DNA from: Tortispora ganteri
Lineage: Eukaryota
Reading direction: 5' to 3'
NCBI GenBank assembly: GCA_003707115.1
Contig: PPNB01000030.1
Span: 1-64,000, forward strand
DNA: 64,000 nt
In this document: positions 44,990 to 55,217 of the stretch, piece by piece
How positions within the stretch are numbered: position 1 is the stretch's first letter
Layout: each line of letters starts with the position of its first letter
The notes under the pieces: model-generated
Database searches by the model: none
Told to the model about the DNA's origin: nothing
Seen by the model: the letters and a program-made list of their open reading frames with translations, nothing else
Program-made: the position numbers and the translations under genes

Positions 44990-46139
44990 GGTTTCCTATA
45001 CAAATGGCTCAAATTTGGGTAAAATGATTTGTATTTGGTACCTTATGTCCAGATAGCCTTCAAGGACGAAGATTGTTTTGGTTTGTGGGCTAATCACGAA
45101 TGATATGATCTGAGTACTTCAAAGCAAACCAAGCGCTCTTTGTTTTTATGTTACGACACCGAACTTATCAGAATTAGCACGCAGATAAGCGAAAGATCGG
45201 GAACAAACTAAAGGAGAGAAGCGATAGGCAGCTAAAGCTTAAGGTACAACGTTTTAGTTTCGTTTTTATCGTTTTCGGTTTTTTCAAGGGATTTCTTAAG
45301 TGAAAGCTGAATTGCTTAAGAGATACTGATGGACACTGAAATCTGTGAAAATTTAATGTATTTATGTTAGCTTGCTGGTATGTGATATTCTCCAGGCTTT
45401 CCGACATACTTTCAAAAATTTTCTACATTGAATTTTCGATGACAAGCGATGAAGCCATAGCGCCAAGGACACTTAAGGTCTAATTACTTAAAGTGAGCAA
45501 ATTTAAGAATGAACTTTAGTATTATCTCAATCTCTGATTGGATTGGAAGGCTATTATGCACCGTATCCTTACGAGTTTGATCGATTGGAAAATTGCTAAT
45601 TATCACACTTTCCAGGAATTTTCCTATATACCGGTTATACGAGTGGCTTATCCTATCAACTTTGTTTAAGTTAGCGTTTTACTTTCTTTCCTCTTCTCAC
45701 CTTTTTCTGGTCCATGGTTTATGTCCTTCAGCACTCGCTAGGCTCTAACAAGATTTGCTATCACTTCGCTTAATGTGTATGCGTCGCTTTATTGTTCTGG
45801 CGAGACTGTTGCTGCTTAAAAAATTCAATAGATTGAACGTTTTGATGAAAGTGCACTCAGCCTACACCAGAAACCGAACCAAAATCATTACTACCGGAAA
45901 CGATAACCAATTGAGTCATGCTAAGCAGTTATAAGTTTATTTGCGATAAGGTTTGAATGATCCACGCCTTTTTCCTTCGAACTTTGAACTTTTCGAAAGT
46001 GGCTTATTATACCCCCGCTTTGCCTCTTCTTCTTGCCCTATTGCGTCACTTAAAATACATATTATTGGATTGCCAGACACTCGGAACACAATTGACACAC
46101 TCATTTAGGGCAGAATAGCCAATCTTTTACCCCTTTACA

Positions 46140-46970
46140 TATCGTGATGTTTCCAGTAGGTTAAAACTTGCATGTTCTTCCTATTGTGGAAACTTACCCA
46201 AAGCGGCTAGGTAAAAGTCTAATAGAAGAATAATAAAGTTTCGCTTGTTCTTATTAAGGAATCGATGTTGAGCCACCAGCTACTACATTAAAAGCTTGTA
46301 TGCAGATCTAACAGGTTAACGGACTTCGGTCAACCGTTAAGGCTAATAAAGTACTGAGAATACCATAGAAGGCAAAAATAAAACAATTAAAATCAATATA
46401 AGCTCTAGAAACTATTAATGCGAATATGATAACGTGAATTATACTAGAAATAGCCATACTACTTAGAACACATTCGCTTCACACACTTGTCCGAAATGTT
46501 GTCAAAATTAACATAAAAATTTGTTGTCTGGAATACCAGAACCATAACAATGTCTAGCACATCCTATGCCAAAAAAGAAGCTGTCGCTATGCTCGCATTC
46601 ACAGCGCTCGTTCGACAGTAAAAGGAAAAAAGAATGCCAAGTGTGATGTCTATTCACCATGCCATTTGGCTAGTGGGATCTCCGTTAACCTTATGCTCCA
46701 CCGGAATCACATGGATACAAACATGCCACTAATTTTCCGGTACCAAGCTGGGCCAACAGTGTATATGAAACAGGCTGCTTATCGGCAAACGGCGCAGAGG
46801 CAGAACAGGCGGCACTAAAATTCATATATGCCTATAGTACGTCTCTCTACTCGCAGACCGATCACATTTGAGTAGAAAGAAGATATATGAGAGTAAGAAA
46901 TCGAAACAAAGGACCTGATAATGATACTCTGTCAGGTACTTATCTGAGTTTCCGGTGGAGCTTGTGAGTT
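46140..46970 (+). ncRNA. Candidate long structured non-coding RNA (identity unknown; boundaries approximate)
   Basis: No credible ORF. Long-range helix 46695-46706/46950-46961 encloses three hairpins; further hairpins upstream include a C(UUCG)G loop. G-U pairs mostly favour the + strand. Confidence 0.4.
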
Positions 46971-46974
46971 CATA

Positions 46975-48078
46975 CTAGTTCTTGAGAATCGAAATGACGT
47001 CCTCATCTTCGAGTACGTGATTAAGACCAACAAATTGCGGCTGGTGCTTAACGCTGGTGCCCCATACCATGGCTGTACGGAAATCTTCGACCAGCGATTT
47101 GTGAATAGCATTACAAAAGTCTTCGACAGTACACCTGTTGCTCCGCAGGACCACGGGTTCTTCAAAATCAGGAGCACGGCCCTTAGGTTTTGTGTAAACG
47201 CGGACTAGGTTCAGTTTTTTCCACATCTCTGTCAACAGCTCGTCAATATTCCATCCGCGTTCCGATGAGATCGGGACGGCGTTAGGGATGCGAGATAGAA
47301 TGTTGAGTTCTTCAATTGAAATGGCGTCTATTTTGTTCAGAACGTAAATAGCGGGTATGTACCGCCTTTGTGGTGCCTCAAGCACATCTATAAGGTCATC
47401 GACAGTGGCATCACATCGGAAGGCGATATCAGCAGACGATATGCGGTATTCAGACATAACAGCTCGAACTTCGTCATGATCCAAGTGCGTTAAAGGAACA
47501 GTATTTGTTATGCTAATACCGCCCTTGTCTTTCTTCTTGAATACAATATTTGGTGGCTCCTTGTTCAGACGTATGCCGAAACCTTCGAGTTCAGCCTCGA
47601 TAACTCGCTTGTCTGTGAGAGGCTTGTTGACGTCCAGGACGATGAATATGAGCTGGCAGCTACGAGCCACAGCAATTACTTGTCTTCCACGTCCCTTACC
47701 GTCTTTAGCGCCTTCAATAATACCGGGAAGATCGAGCATCTGAATCTTAGAACCATTGTACCTCACTACACCAGGGACCGTTGTGAGTGTCGTGAACTCA
47801 TAAGCAGCTGCCTCGCTGTGAGTTCCTGTGAGTCTGCTCATCAGCGTAGATTTACCTACTGAAGGAAATCCAATGAATCCAACAGATGCAATGCCCGTTC
47901 TAGCCACATCGAAACCAGCACCTCCACCACCACCACCGCCTGTAGGCGTTAACAGTTCTCGCTTCAGTTTGGCTAATTTTGCCTTCAGCTGACCAAGATG
48001 AAAACTTGTAGCTTTATTCTTTTGAGTCTTAGCCATTTCAGCCTCGATCTCTTTGATTTTATCCACTGTCGTCGCCAT
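46975..48078 (-). CDS. RBG1: DRG-family ribosome-interacting GTPase
   Basis: [43 protein letters not shown] and a TGS domain. ATG at 48078. Confidence 0.96.
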   Translation of the reverse strand: MATTVDKIKEIEAEMAKTQKNKATSFHLGQLKAKLAKLKRELLTPTGGGGGGGAGFDVARTGIASVGFIGFPSVGKSTLMSRLTGTHSEAAAYEFTTLTTVPGVVRYNGSKIQMLDLPGIIEGAKDGKGRGRQVIAVARSCQLIFIVLDVNKPLTDKRVIEAELEGFGIRLNKEPPNIVFKKKDKGGISITNTVPLTHLDHDEVRAVMSEYRISSADIAFRCDATVDDLIDVLEAPQRRYIPAIYVLNKIDAISIEELNILSRIPNAVPISSERGWNIDELLTEMWKKLNLVRVYTKPKGRAPDFEEPVVLRSNRCTVEDFCNAIHKSLVEDFRTAMVWGTSVKHQPQFVGLNHVLEDEDVISILKN

Positions 48079-48854
48079 TTTCGATGGTTCTTCTGTGCTC
48101 ACTCGTGTCGGCGTGCAAATTTGGTGACCTATGGCGCGAAAATTGTAAGATGTCACCCTAACCCTAATAAATTAAACATCTCGCTCGTTCTCTTCGATAA
48201 CTATACCTATTAGACGGAATTTTCTGAATTAACTTAAATAGGCGCCCGCGCTTGTATTCGCAAGGTGCCCATTATAAATGTGCCGCAACTAGAGGGAGAC
48301 ACATTGGAAAGATGTTCCCAGTACTTCTCAATTTTGTTGCGTCCGCGTGACAATCAGCCTGCAGACACCGCTGTCTGACTCTCATCTGTAATTCGAAGTC
48401 TCTTCTTGTCAGTAAAAAAGTGCATAATAGGCACTTAACCTCAAAATCATCTTGAGATACCATGTCAGCTCAAGATGCTCATGATGGTCGTTGTCTGCTG
48501 TAATGTCGGCAAAACGTCGCAGGAATAGAAACTGACGCATGAAAACCTTAATTTGCGAAGGTAATACTAACTTAGTTTCGAATCACAAATAGGTCCAAGG
48601 TTTCATTCACTTTTGTAAGCGACGCCAGCACACACTTCTGCTCGCTTTAAGTCAATATGAGCAGCTTGTTCAATATATGACAATATTGACAGGACATTAT
48701 GTTCAGATTAACGTCTGTGGAACCCCTATAATGAGGAAGGCAAGTGCAGCCGGTTGCAAAACGTTAATCTGACAGCGACCGGTCAGTACCTGGATGCTAT
48801 CGTAGTATGAAACACTACTGCCTGCGAAGTGGCATGGCTATTAAAGGCCGACGT

Positions 48855-48863
48855 ATGAGTCAT
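48855..48863. promoter_or_regulatory. Gcn4/AP-1 consensus site
   Basis: Perfect ATGAGTCAT about 270 bp upstream of the CDO1 ATG; TATATAA at 49085. Confidence 0.45.
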
Positions 48864-49134
48864 CAGACACCAATAGGTCCCACAATCCCTTCTCATTATT
48901 ATCCCTCAAACTTTCAAACGGCATCCAAAACTTCAAACCCCTCTTGAACGTGATATTCAAAAGGCACCACTCCCAATGTTACATTTATTAGAGTTCTTCA
49001 AAATAAGCTTTTACAGGCTTAAACTCGTGCGACGTGATGTATAATAGCAGTCACAGCCACAACCATTTCTTTCGCTAGTGTCCTTATATAAGGGCTCACT
49101 GGCCTGCTGCGCACCTTTTTGGCGCTATTTTTGC

Positions 49135-49728
49135 ATGCCTGCAACAATGGGTGCTTATAAATGGGAACAACTAATCAAAGCAATTGGTGAAGAGATCGGA
49201 GATGCCAAAGTGCCCGAGGAGATCAATATCACAGCCGTTCAGAAACTCATGGAGAGCTATGACTCAGACCCTAATGACTGGGAAAAGTTCGCTTTCCCTG
49301 AATTCTCGCGCTCGTACACGAGAAACGGCGTAGAGGATTTCGGAGGAGCTGCTAATCTGCTGGTGCTAGTCTGGAGCCCCAACAGTAGCTCGTATATCCA
49401 CGACCACGCGAATGCACATTGTCTCATGAAAGTCCTCAAGGGATCGCTGACAGAGAAACGCTATGAATTCCCCGCTAACTCTGATCCGAATCCGCTCAAA
49501 TTGACGAAAATCACACCGTTCAGCATCAACCAAGTAGCCTATATTTCCGACACTATCGGACTGCACAAAATACATAACGAAGATCCCGATAACTTCGCCG
49601 TATCTTTACATCTCTATACCCCTCCATGGGCTGCGACCTATGGCTGCCATGTATTCAACGAAACCACCGGCAAAACACACCACGTGACCCTTTCGAACCT
49701 ATACAGTGACCGCGGGAGAATCCTTTGA
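49135..49728 (+). CDS. CDO1: Cysteine dioxygenase
   Basis: YTRN, IHDHANAHC (Fe-binding His and crosslink Cys), GLHKI and SLHLYTPP. ATG at 49135 or 49147. Confidence 0.95.
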   Translation: MPATMGAYKWEQLIKAIGEEIGDAKVPEEINITAVQKLMESYDSDPNDWEKFAFPEFSRSYTRNGVEDFGGAANLLVLVWSPNSSSYIHDHANAHCLMKVLKGSLTEKRYEFPANSDPNPLKLTKITPFSINQVAYISDTIGLHKIHNEDPDNFAVSLHLYTPPWAATYGCHVFNETTGKTHHVTLSNLYSDRGRIL

Positions 49729-49748
49729 AGCATAATAATTAATAGTAA

Positions 49749-52490
49749 TTACTTGTTAAACAAACACTGGCACACGCAACCGGGAACAGGACACATCTGA
49801 TGTAGACCAAACCATTCCTGGGCATGTCCAGCATGCATCCCATGGCCGCATATTAGACAAAAGTTAAACCATTGATCGTATAAAGTGCTCTTTTTCTTCG
49901 AGCTAGCATTGTACGAGCTACCAACAATTGGCGAACCCAGCGACCGTAAACATATCGTGCACCGTGGAAGCGGCTTGTTGCAGTGCGGACAAGTAGTTGA
50001 TCCAAACTGATGCCCATTCTCAATCCTGCCTGGGTCGAGGTTCCGCTGCAGGCCGCTAGCGTTATCTTTCCGGCTAGATACATCAATAGTTTTGTTGCAC
50101 CCGTTACAGCGTAACACTATCTGCGGTGAGCAGACTTCAGGCGTTCCGCCGTACATCTTACCCAATTTTGTTCTTCCAATGTCAAACCGCGCCCGTTCAG
50201 GGAACATCTTTAGTCCGTCTAAAAACTCGCGGTATATGCCAAACCACTGTTCTGCCAGCTGGCTTTCAAATAAATGAGGTACGCAGAACCCGCTTACAAG
50301 TGCAGCCGTTTGCACATCAGCAGTATGGTCAACGTAAGTTTTAAGCAGTGATATGCCATCTGGAGTAATGCCAGTAACACTGAGTCCATCAAGTGAGCCG
50401 TCTTTAACCACTTGCGCACAAAGTCTTTTTAAATAACTATCGAGATCGTCATCAGTGAGGTACTTCAGCGCAATCACAAGCCTGTCGCGCGTAGGAAGTG
50501 AGACCTCGTCAAGCACATCATGCCATCGGCTATCTGCAATGAACGCAAATATTGCTCGAATATACGGATGAACAAGTTCAGATGCCATAGCGCGACACTG
50601 CTCTTTCCATAAACTGTTCTCTGTCGAGTCCTTGTACGCAAAGTACCCCGCTACAGCTGTAGATATCAATCGAAGTGATTCTTTGCCTGAATGCGCCAAG
50701 ATATCAATAGTCGAAGAAATATCTCCGTGAAACAAGGCCAGCGCAGCCGCAACTTCATACTCGTCTTGATCTTGCAACTTCTGCAGCTTCTCCGTAAACT
50801 CGCTGTCGCTGAACGACCAGCCAGCAGCTGCCAAGCATATTATTCGGTAATTGGATTTCTTAGAGGTTCGCAAGACTCCCCTGAAAGCTGAGTTGATGTA
50901 CATATTTGGCTCTATCTTTCCAGCCATTTTAGCAATATTCTGCTCAAGAACATCCCGTTTCTTTTTCGAGCCCGGCCTGGCCGAAGTAGCGTAACGGCCA
51001 TTCCATATTCCGAGAACTCCTTGCAAATGGAAATCGCATACATCTGTTCGCAGCAAGTCTGCGCGTCGCAGTTTCTCGGAGAGGCTTATCCATTCCCACA
51101 TATCGATCAAGTATTGTAAGCTAGATATCTGAGCAAAAGACCGCAATATGTCAAGATTTTTTACTGGATCCAGGTCGTAGCCCAAATTAGCTCGGGCTCG
51201 CATTTTGCTTCCGATATCTTCGCTGAGCACAGTAACAGGATTATACCCGAATGATTGACCGGTAGTCTCGTTTACTGAAAGAACGCTTGAATCGTCCGAG
51301 ATTACACTTTCTGCGCTGTTTGCGTCTCTTGCCGGTCCGCGGGTAAGAGAGAGCGATGTCATTGCACGTGTGAGGTTAGGGCCTTTCAAATCAACAAAAT
51401 TGAGATCGTCGTTGCAGGCTGATGTTAGCGAGTTAGAGCTGTCAAACTGTAGTCCGTCAATCAGCGGTGGGATAGCGTAATGAACCAGATCGCCATAAGG
51501 TCGAAGTCCTACGAACGAATGCGAGTTTGCGCCAAAATCGAAGGAGACGATACTTTCAGAGTCTGGACGTATCACACGGCACCTTTCAAGCCACAGCTTG
51601 TCCTGGAGCGTTTTCTGCGGAGGAAGCTGCACGTCGGAAGAGTGCAGCGCTGATAGAGATTGTGACAATGTGAGCGCAGAGTCAGAAGGAGGAACAATTT
51701 CGGAGCGCCATAGACGTAGGCTGGACGAAGTATAGGTGTCGAGTGTTGCGAAGGTTTGGGCGCTATAAGGAGAAAATCTGAAACATTCTGTGGCGGCCTG
51801 GGGCCATTGTTTTGAGTGCATAGCAAAGAGCGGCACTGGCGAGGTAGCGGAGAGATAGCGCTGGTCCCATATAGAGAAAGAACCCGAATCGCTGCGGAAT
51901 GAGAACAGGTTGGTGTTGAGATTATTTATAGTGATATCCTCTGCGGACTTTGCAGGTATTTGGAGTGAGCCTGAAGGATTCCGGATATCAATAATGCGGA
52001 GAAATTTGTGAGAGCCTGCAAGAAGGATGTCAGGGGAGTTAGGGACAAAAGCGAGCGAGAAGAGCGATTCGCTGGGGAGAAGTGAGTATATGGGTTGAAA
52101 TGACGATGAAGAAGTGAAATCGTCACTAACACTATATATATTGAGACAATGATCGTTGCGGACTTTGTCGAGGCCAGTGGCTAGCAGGCCATTTGAAGAG
52201 AAAGATACTGCATTACAAGGTCGTGATTGGCGAACAGGTATAACTGCGGGCCAATTCTGCGTTCCTAAGTCGAGCAATAAAGTGTTTCCATTGAGTAATC
52301 CTACAGCTACCATACCAGGGCGTTGGTTTGACCAATCACAGCATTGAATTGATGATATTCCAGAACGATTAGCTACCTTAGCGAATCCGTTCTTGGACTC
52401 CTCATAGAGACTGATTTCGTCTTCTGATGGCCGAACAGTCAAGTAGAAATCTGAATCAGACCCGTGTACTATCCGTATACAATCTTTCAT
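49749..52490 (-). CDS. SEA4: SEACAT/GATOR2 subunit Sea4 (MIOS)
   Basis: WD40 N-terminus (RPCNAVSF, GLDKVRND), HPYIRAIFAFI, DVQTAAL, and C-terminal Zn ribbon plus RING (LPRCTIC, CGHGMHAGHAQEWF, CPVPGC). Confidence 0.93.
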   Translation of the reverse strand: MKDCIRIVHGSDSDFYLTVRPSEDEISLYEESKNGFAKVANRSGISSIQCCDWSNQRPGMVAVGLLNGNTLLLDLGTQNWPAVIPVRQSRPCNAVSFSSNGLLATGLDKVRNDHCLNIYSVSDDFTSSSSFQPIYSLLPSESLFSLAFVPNSPDILLAGSHKFLRIIDIRNPSGSLQIPAKSAEDITINNLNTNLFSFRSDSGSFSIWDQRYLSATSPVPLFAMHSKQWPQAATECFRFSPYSAQTFATLDTYTSSSLRLWRSEIVPPSDSALTLSQSLSALHSSDVQLPPQKTLQDKLWLERCRVIRPDSESIVSFDFGANSHSFVGLRPYGDLVHYAIPPLIDGLQFDSSNSLTSACNDDLNFVDLKGPNLTRAMTSLSLTRGPARDANSAESVISDDSSVLSVNETTGQSFGYNPVTVLSEDIGSKMRARANLGYDLDPVKNLDILRSFAQISSLQYLIDMWEWISLSEKLRRADLLRTDVCDFHLQGVLGIWNGRYATSARPGSKKKRDVLEQNIAKMAGKIEPNMYINSAFRGVLRTSKKSNYRIICLAAAGWSFSDSEFTEKLQKLQDQDEYEVAAALALFHGDISSTIDILAHSGKESLRLISTAVAGYFAYKDSTENSLWKEQCRAMASELVHPYIRAIFAFIADSRWHDVLDEVSLPTRDRLVIALKYLTDDDLDSYLKRLCAQVVKDGSLDGLSVTGITPDGISLLKTYVDHTADVQTAALVSGFCVPHLFESQLAEQWFGIYREFLDGLKMFPERARFDIGRTKLGKMYGGTPEVCSPQIVLRCNGCNKTIDVSSRKDNASGLQRNLDPGRIENGHQFGSTTCPHCNKPLPRCTICLRSLGSPIVGSSYNASSKKKSTLYDQWFNFCLICGHGMHAGHAQEWFGLHQMCPVPGCVCQCLFNK

Positions 52491-52640
52491 TGAGATTTGA
52501 TAAATATAGTACTAATACGTGAACTAGCCTTGAATATATGGATATGGTGGTTGTAGACGTCTCGTCAAAGTCACGCTGGGCGCTTTAACTTAGCAACACA
52601 CTTTTATATTGCAAAAATCTAGCCTCAATAATAAATAATA

Positions 52641-52718
52641 TAATTATTTAATATGTAATTATTTAATATGTAATTGTATAATTGTATAATTGTATAATTG
52701 TATAATTGTATAATTGTA
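52641..52718. repeat. Compound AT-rich tandem repeat (TAATTATTTAATATG)x2 then (TAATTGTA)x6
   Basis: Read directly from the sequence. Confidence 0.95.
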
Positions 52719-54645
52719 TAAATATACACTGTTAATTAAATTTAAGTCTGTTATGGTGTCTGTTATCTATTGAATTCAAGACTTCAACAGATCTATGTCG
52801 CATTGAACAATACCATTTCGACCTGCACGTCACATTCTTCATGTTCTTCTACGAAACTTACTCTATAGCTTGGCCTCTTTAGTCTCAGCTCTACAGTGAG
52901 TTACAGAACTGCCTTAAGAGACGGCGAATTGAACCTGCTGCCACAATCTAATAGGTTCTGCTTAGTATTATAAGAACTTACCTTTCCTTTGATGGAAACT
53001 TGATGAGTTGTGGCAACTTGTCTATACCGAGAGCGGATTATGGGATTATTGGTCAATTGGTGGGATCAATCAATGGTCTATTCAGCAACCGTACTTCTGT
53101 ATGAGTGGTACCCGGTGTGGTTCATAGTACCTGGCACTACTTACTTTTGTATGTCGTTTTCAAATGCCTTGAATTATTTATAGCAGTTGATTGCATGAGC
53201 TAAATTGTTGTTATTAGTGTCTGAGATGTCTTGTAGTTTGCTTTAACGTGATAATTCAGGTTTCACTATACCGACCCAAGATACCACGGGTTAGGTATAC
53301 TTTCTCTATAATCTACTTCTATACATACTCTCTGTCATTAAAATGAATATTCACTTCTCTAACGCACGAGGAGTCTGCACATAAAAAATCTATACACCTC
53401 TCCGTTTCACCGCAGCCTGACTATCTCTTTTGAGACTAGCCAACCTGCTTCTAAAAGGAATGATCTGCACAAGGTGAATGAGGCCTAGTGTGTGTGTTTG
53501 TTCAAGCAGCGTTCCTTATTGGCTGAAAATGGCACATAAGATACCCTTATTCCTGGAATAAAGCTATATTATTGGTCAACAATGAGTAAGCCCTGAACCC
53601 TGACCAAAAATAAATGCAACCCTAACCTGGTTTTTTAGTGCTTCTTATTGGTCAATACTAAGCGAAACCTTAATTTTTAAATTTCGCTCTTGTTTGGCTT
53701 GTTTTCAACGGTTTTTGTATTTGGTAAGCGAGTGGTTGTTATTGGTCTGTTGCACTTAAGCGAAACTTTATACCCCGTTTTGATCTATTTTATAGTATAT
53801 TTCTCCATCCAGAGGCACTATTGAAAGATAGAATAATCTTTCCTTGCATAATAATATGTTAGTTTTATTATTGGCTTTTTAAAAGCTTTTTGTGCGGTAT
53901 AAGTGGAGTTAACTGCGTCGAAGGTTGCATGTGGAAATTGAGTAATCAATTATGCGGAGCGATTAGCGATACTGTAGTTTAGAGCTCATCCACTTATATG
54001 CAGTTATTATTTAGTAAATATGGTAGCTACTTTGTGGTCTTTATCTCCTCTTAGTATAGAGGAAATTGAGTAAAGTTAGCGCCTTTGAAATCAATTACAG
54101 ATAGCACTGTATCTTCATCAACACTGTGAAAAGCGTCATTGATCAGCAGATCGTTTTAGTTATAGCAGCAATTTTGCCTCTGTGCTGCAATTATACGACC
54201 TGGCTTTGAAATAAGATATATTCAGTTTTAGATTGCCAGCTATCCAGCGAATCGTGGGTGCAAAAGGCCTGGGAATTAGCGAGATTACGCGCAAATAATA
54301 AACCCTTGTTTTGGTTTTAGATACAAGCAAATGCACCTCTTTGTAGCTTCTATTATTTCCTGTACCTTTATAGATCGCCGACATCTTATCGATCACCTTT
54401 CTGACGGATTTCGCGGATCGTGGCTGATGGAGCAATAATAACAATGGCGCATCCGGGTATCATCGGTCATGTATGTTGCAGTTCCTTTTTTTAGCGTATT
54501 CAAAATAGCTTTACCTATCTTTCTTGGAATAGCCAGATTGCTTATGGGGTGAAGCTGGCGTCTAGGCGGTAAACGCCAGTTTCGAAGAGTTGAGATTAAA
54601 GTTTGAGAATTCGACAACACCGAAAAATCAGCTGCACCGACGAAA

Positions 54646-55206
54646 ATGGCTCGCGTAGATCAAAACGATCAAAAATCTGCTTCTTTGTCTTTGTTGAAGA
54701 AGAAGTTGCGTGATACTGAGCGGATATTGAAGAAGCCAGGGATCCCTGAGACTATAAAGCGTGATGCTGAGAGGAAAGTGAAAGGTTTAAAGGATCAGCT
54801 GAAAGAGCACAAAGAGCGCTTAAAGAATGACAAAATAGCCAAAAAATACAAAATGGTGAAATTCTTTGAACAAAAAAAGACATTGCGGAAACTAAAGACT
54901 TGTATAAGCCAGGCGGATAGCGCTTCAGATGAGGAGAAGGCGAAACTACATGATCTGGCCGATCAATACAAAACGAATCTTGCATATATCAAGTATTATC
55001 CTACGGGTAAGAAGTACATTGCGTTGTATGCGCAATTGGAGAAAAACAATGTCTCATATAAGATTCGGGAGGAGTATTTGAGTAAAGCAAGGGATATGAT
55101 AAAGACGAATGAGTTTGAAGATTATATAGAGAGTTTGTTGAAGAAGAAATCAGAGAAAAAATCAGAGCAAAACCCAGACTCAAAGTCTGATTCAGAGCCA
55201 GAATGA
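54646..55206 (+). CDS. EFG1: rRNA-processing protein Efg1 (DUF2361)
   Basis: LKKKLRDTERIL, KKYKMVKFFEQKK and LAYIKYYP..KKYIALY. Confidence 0.9.
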   Translation: MARVDQNDQKSASLSLLKKKLRDTERILKKPGIPETIKRDAERKVKGLKDQLKEHKERLKNDKIAKKYKMVKFFEQKKTLRKLKTCISQADSASDEEKAKLHDLADQYKTNLAYIKYYPTGKKYIALYAQLEKNNVSYKIREEYLSKARDMIKTNEFEDYIESLLKKKSEKKSEQNPDSKSDSEPE

Positions 55207-55217
55207 ATTAATAGCAG

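Noticed and set aside
44030..45400. Active pogo/Tc1-mariner transposon
   Set aside because: No DDE domain, terminal inverted repeats or target-site duplication visible.
46885..46947. C/D snoRNA (CTGA...ATGATA...CTGA)
   Set aside because: No proper upstream box C and no rRNA-complementary guide that I can recognise.
46822..46977. Stop-codon readthrough or SECIS-like recoding of RBG1 driven by the downstream structure (about 50 open codons follow the TAG)
   Set aside because: RBG1 ends at the normal family C-terminus, the stop is TAG rather than TGA, and G-U pairs favour folding of the opposite strand.
52641..52718. CRISPR-like array
   Set aside because: Contiguous short tandem repeat without spacers in a eukaryotic genome.
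54160..54620. Two overlapping - strand ORFs (75 and 94 aa) as a frameshifted gene
   Set aside because: Non-ATG starts, no recognisable domain, no slippery site or intron. Cannot be supported without a homology search.
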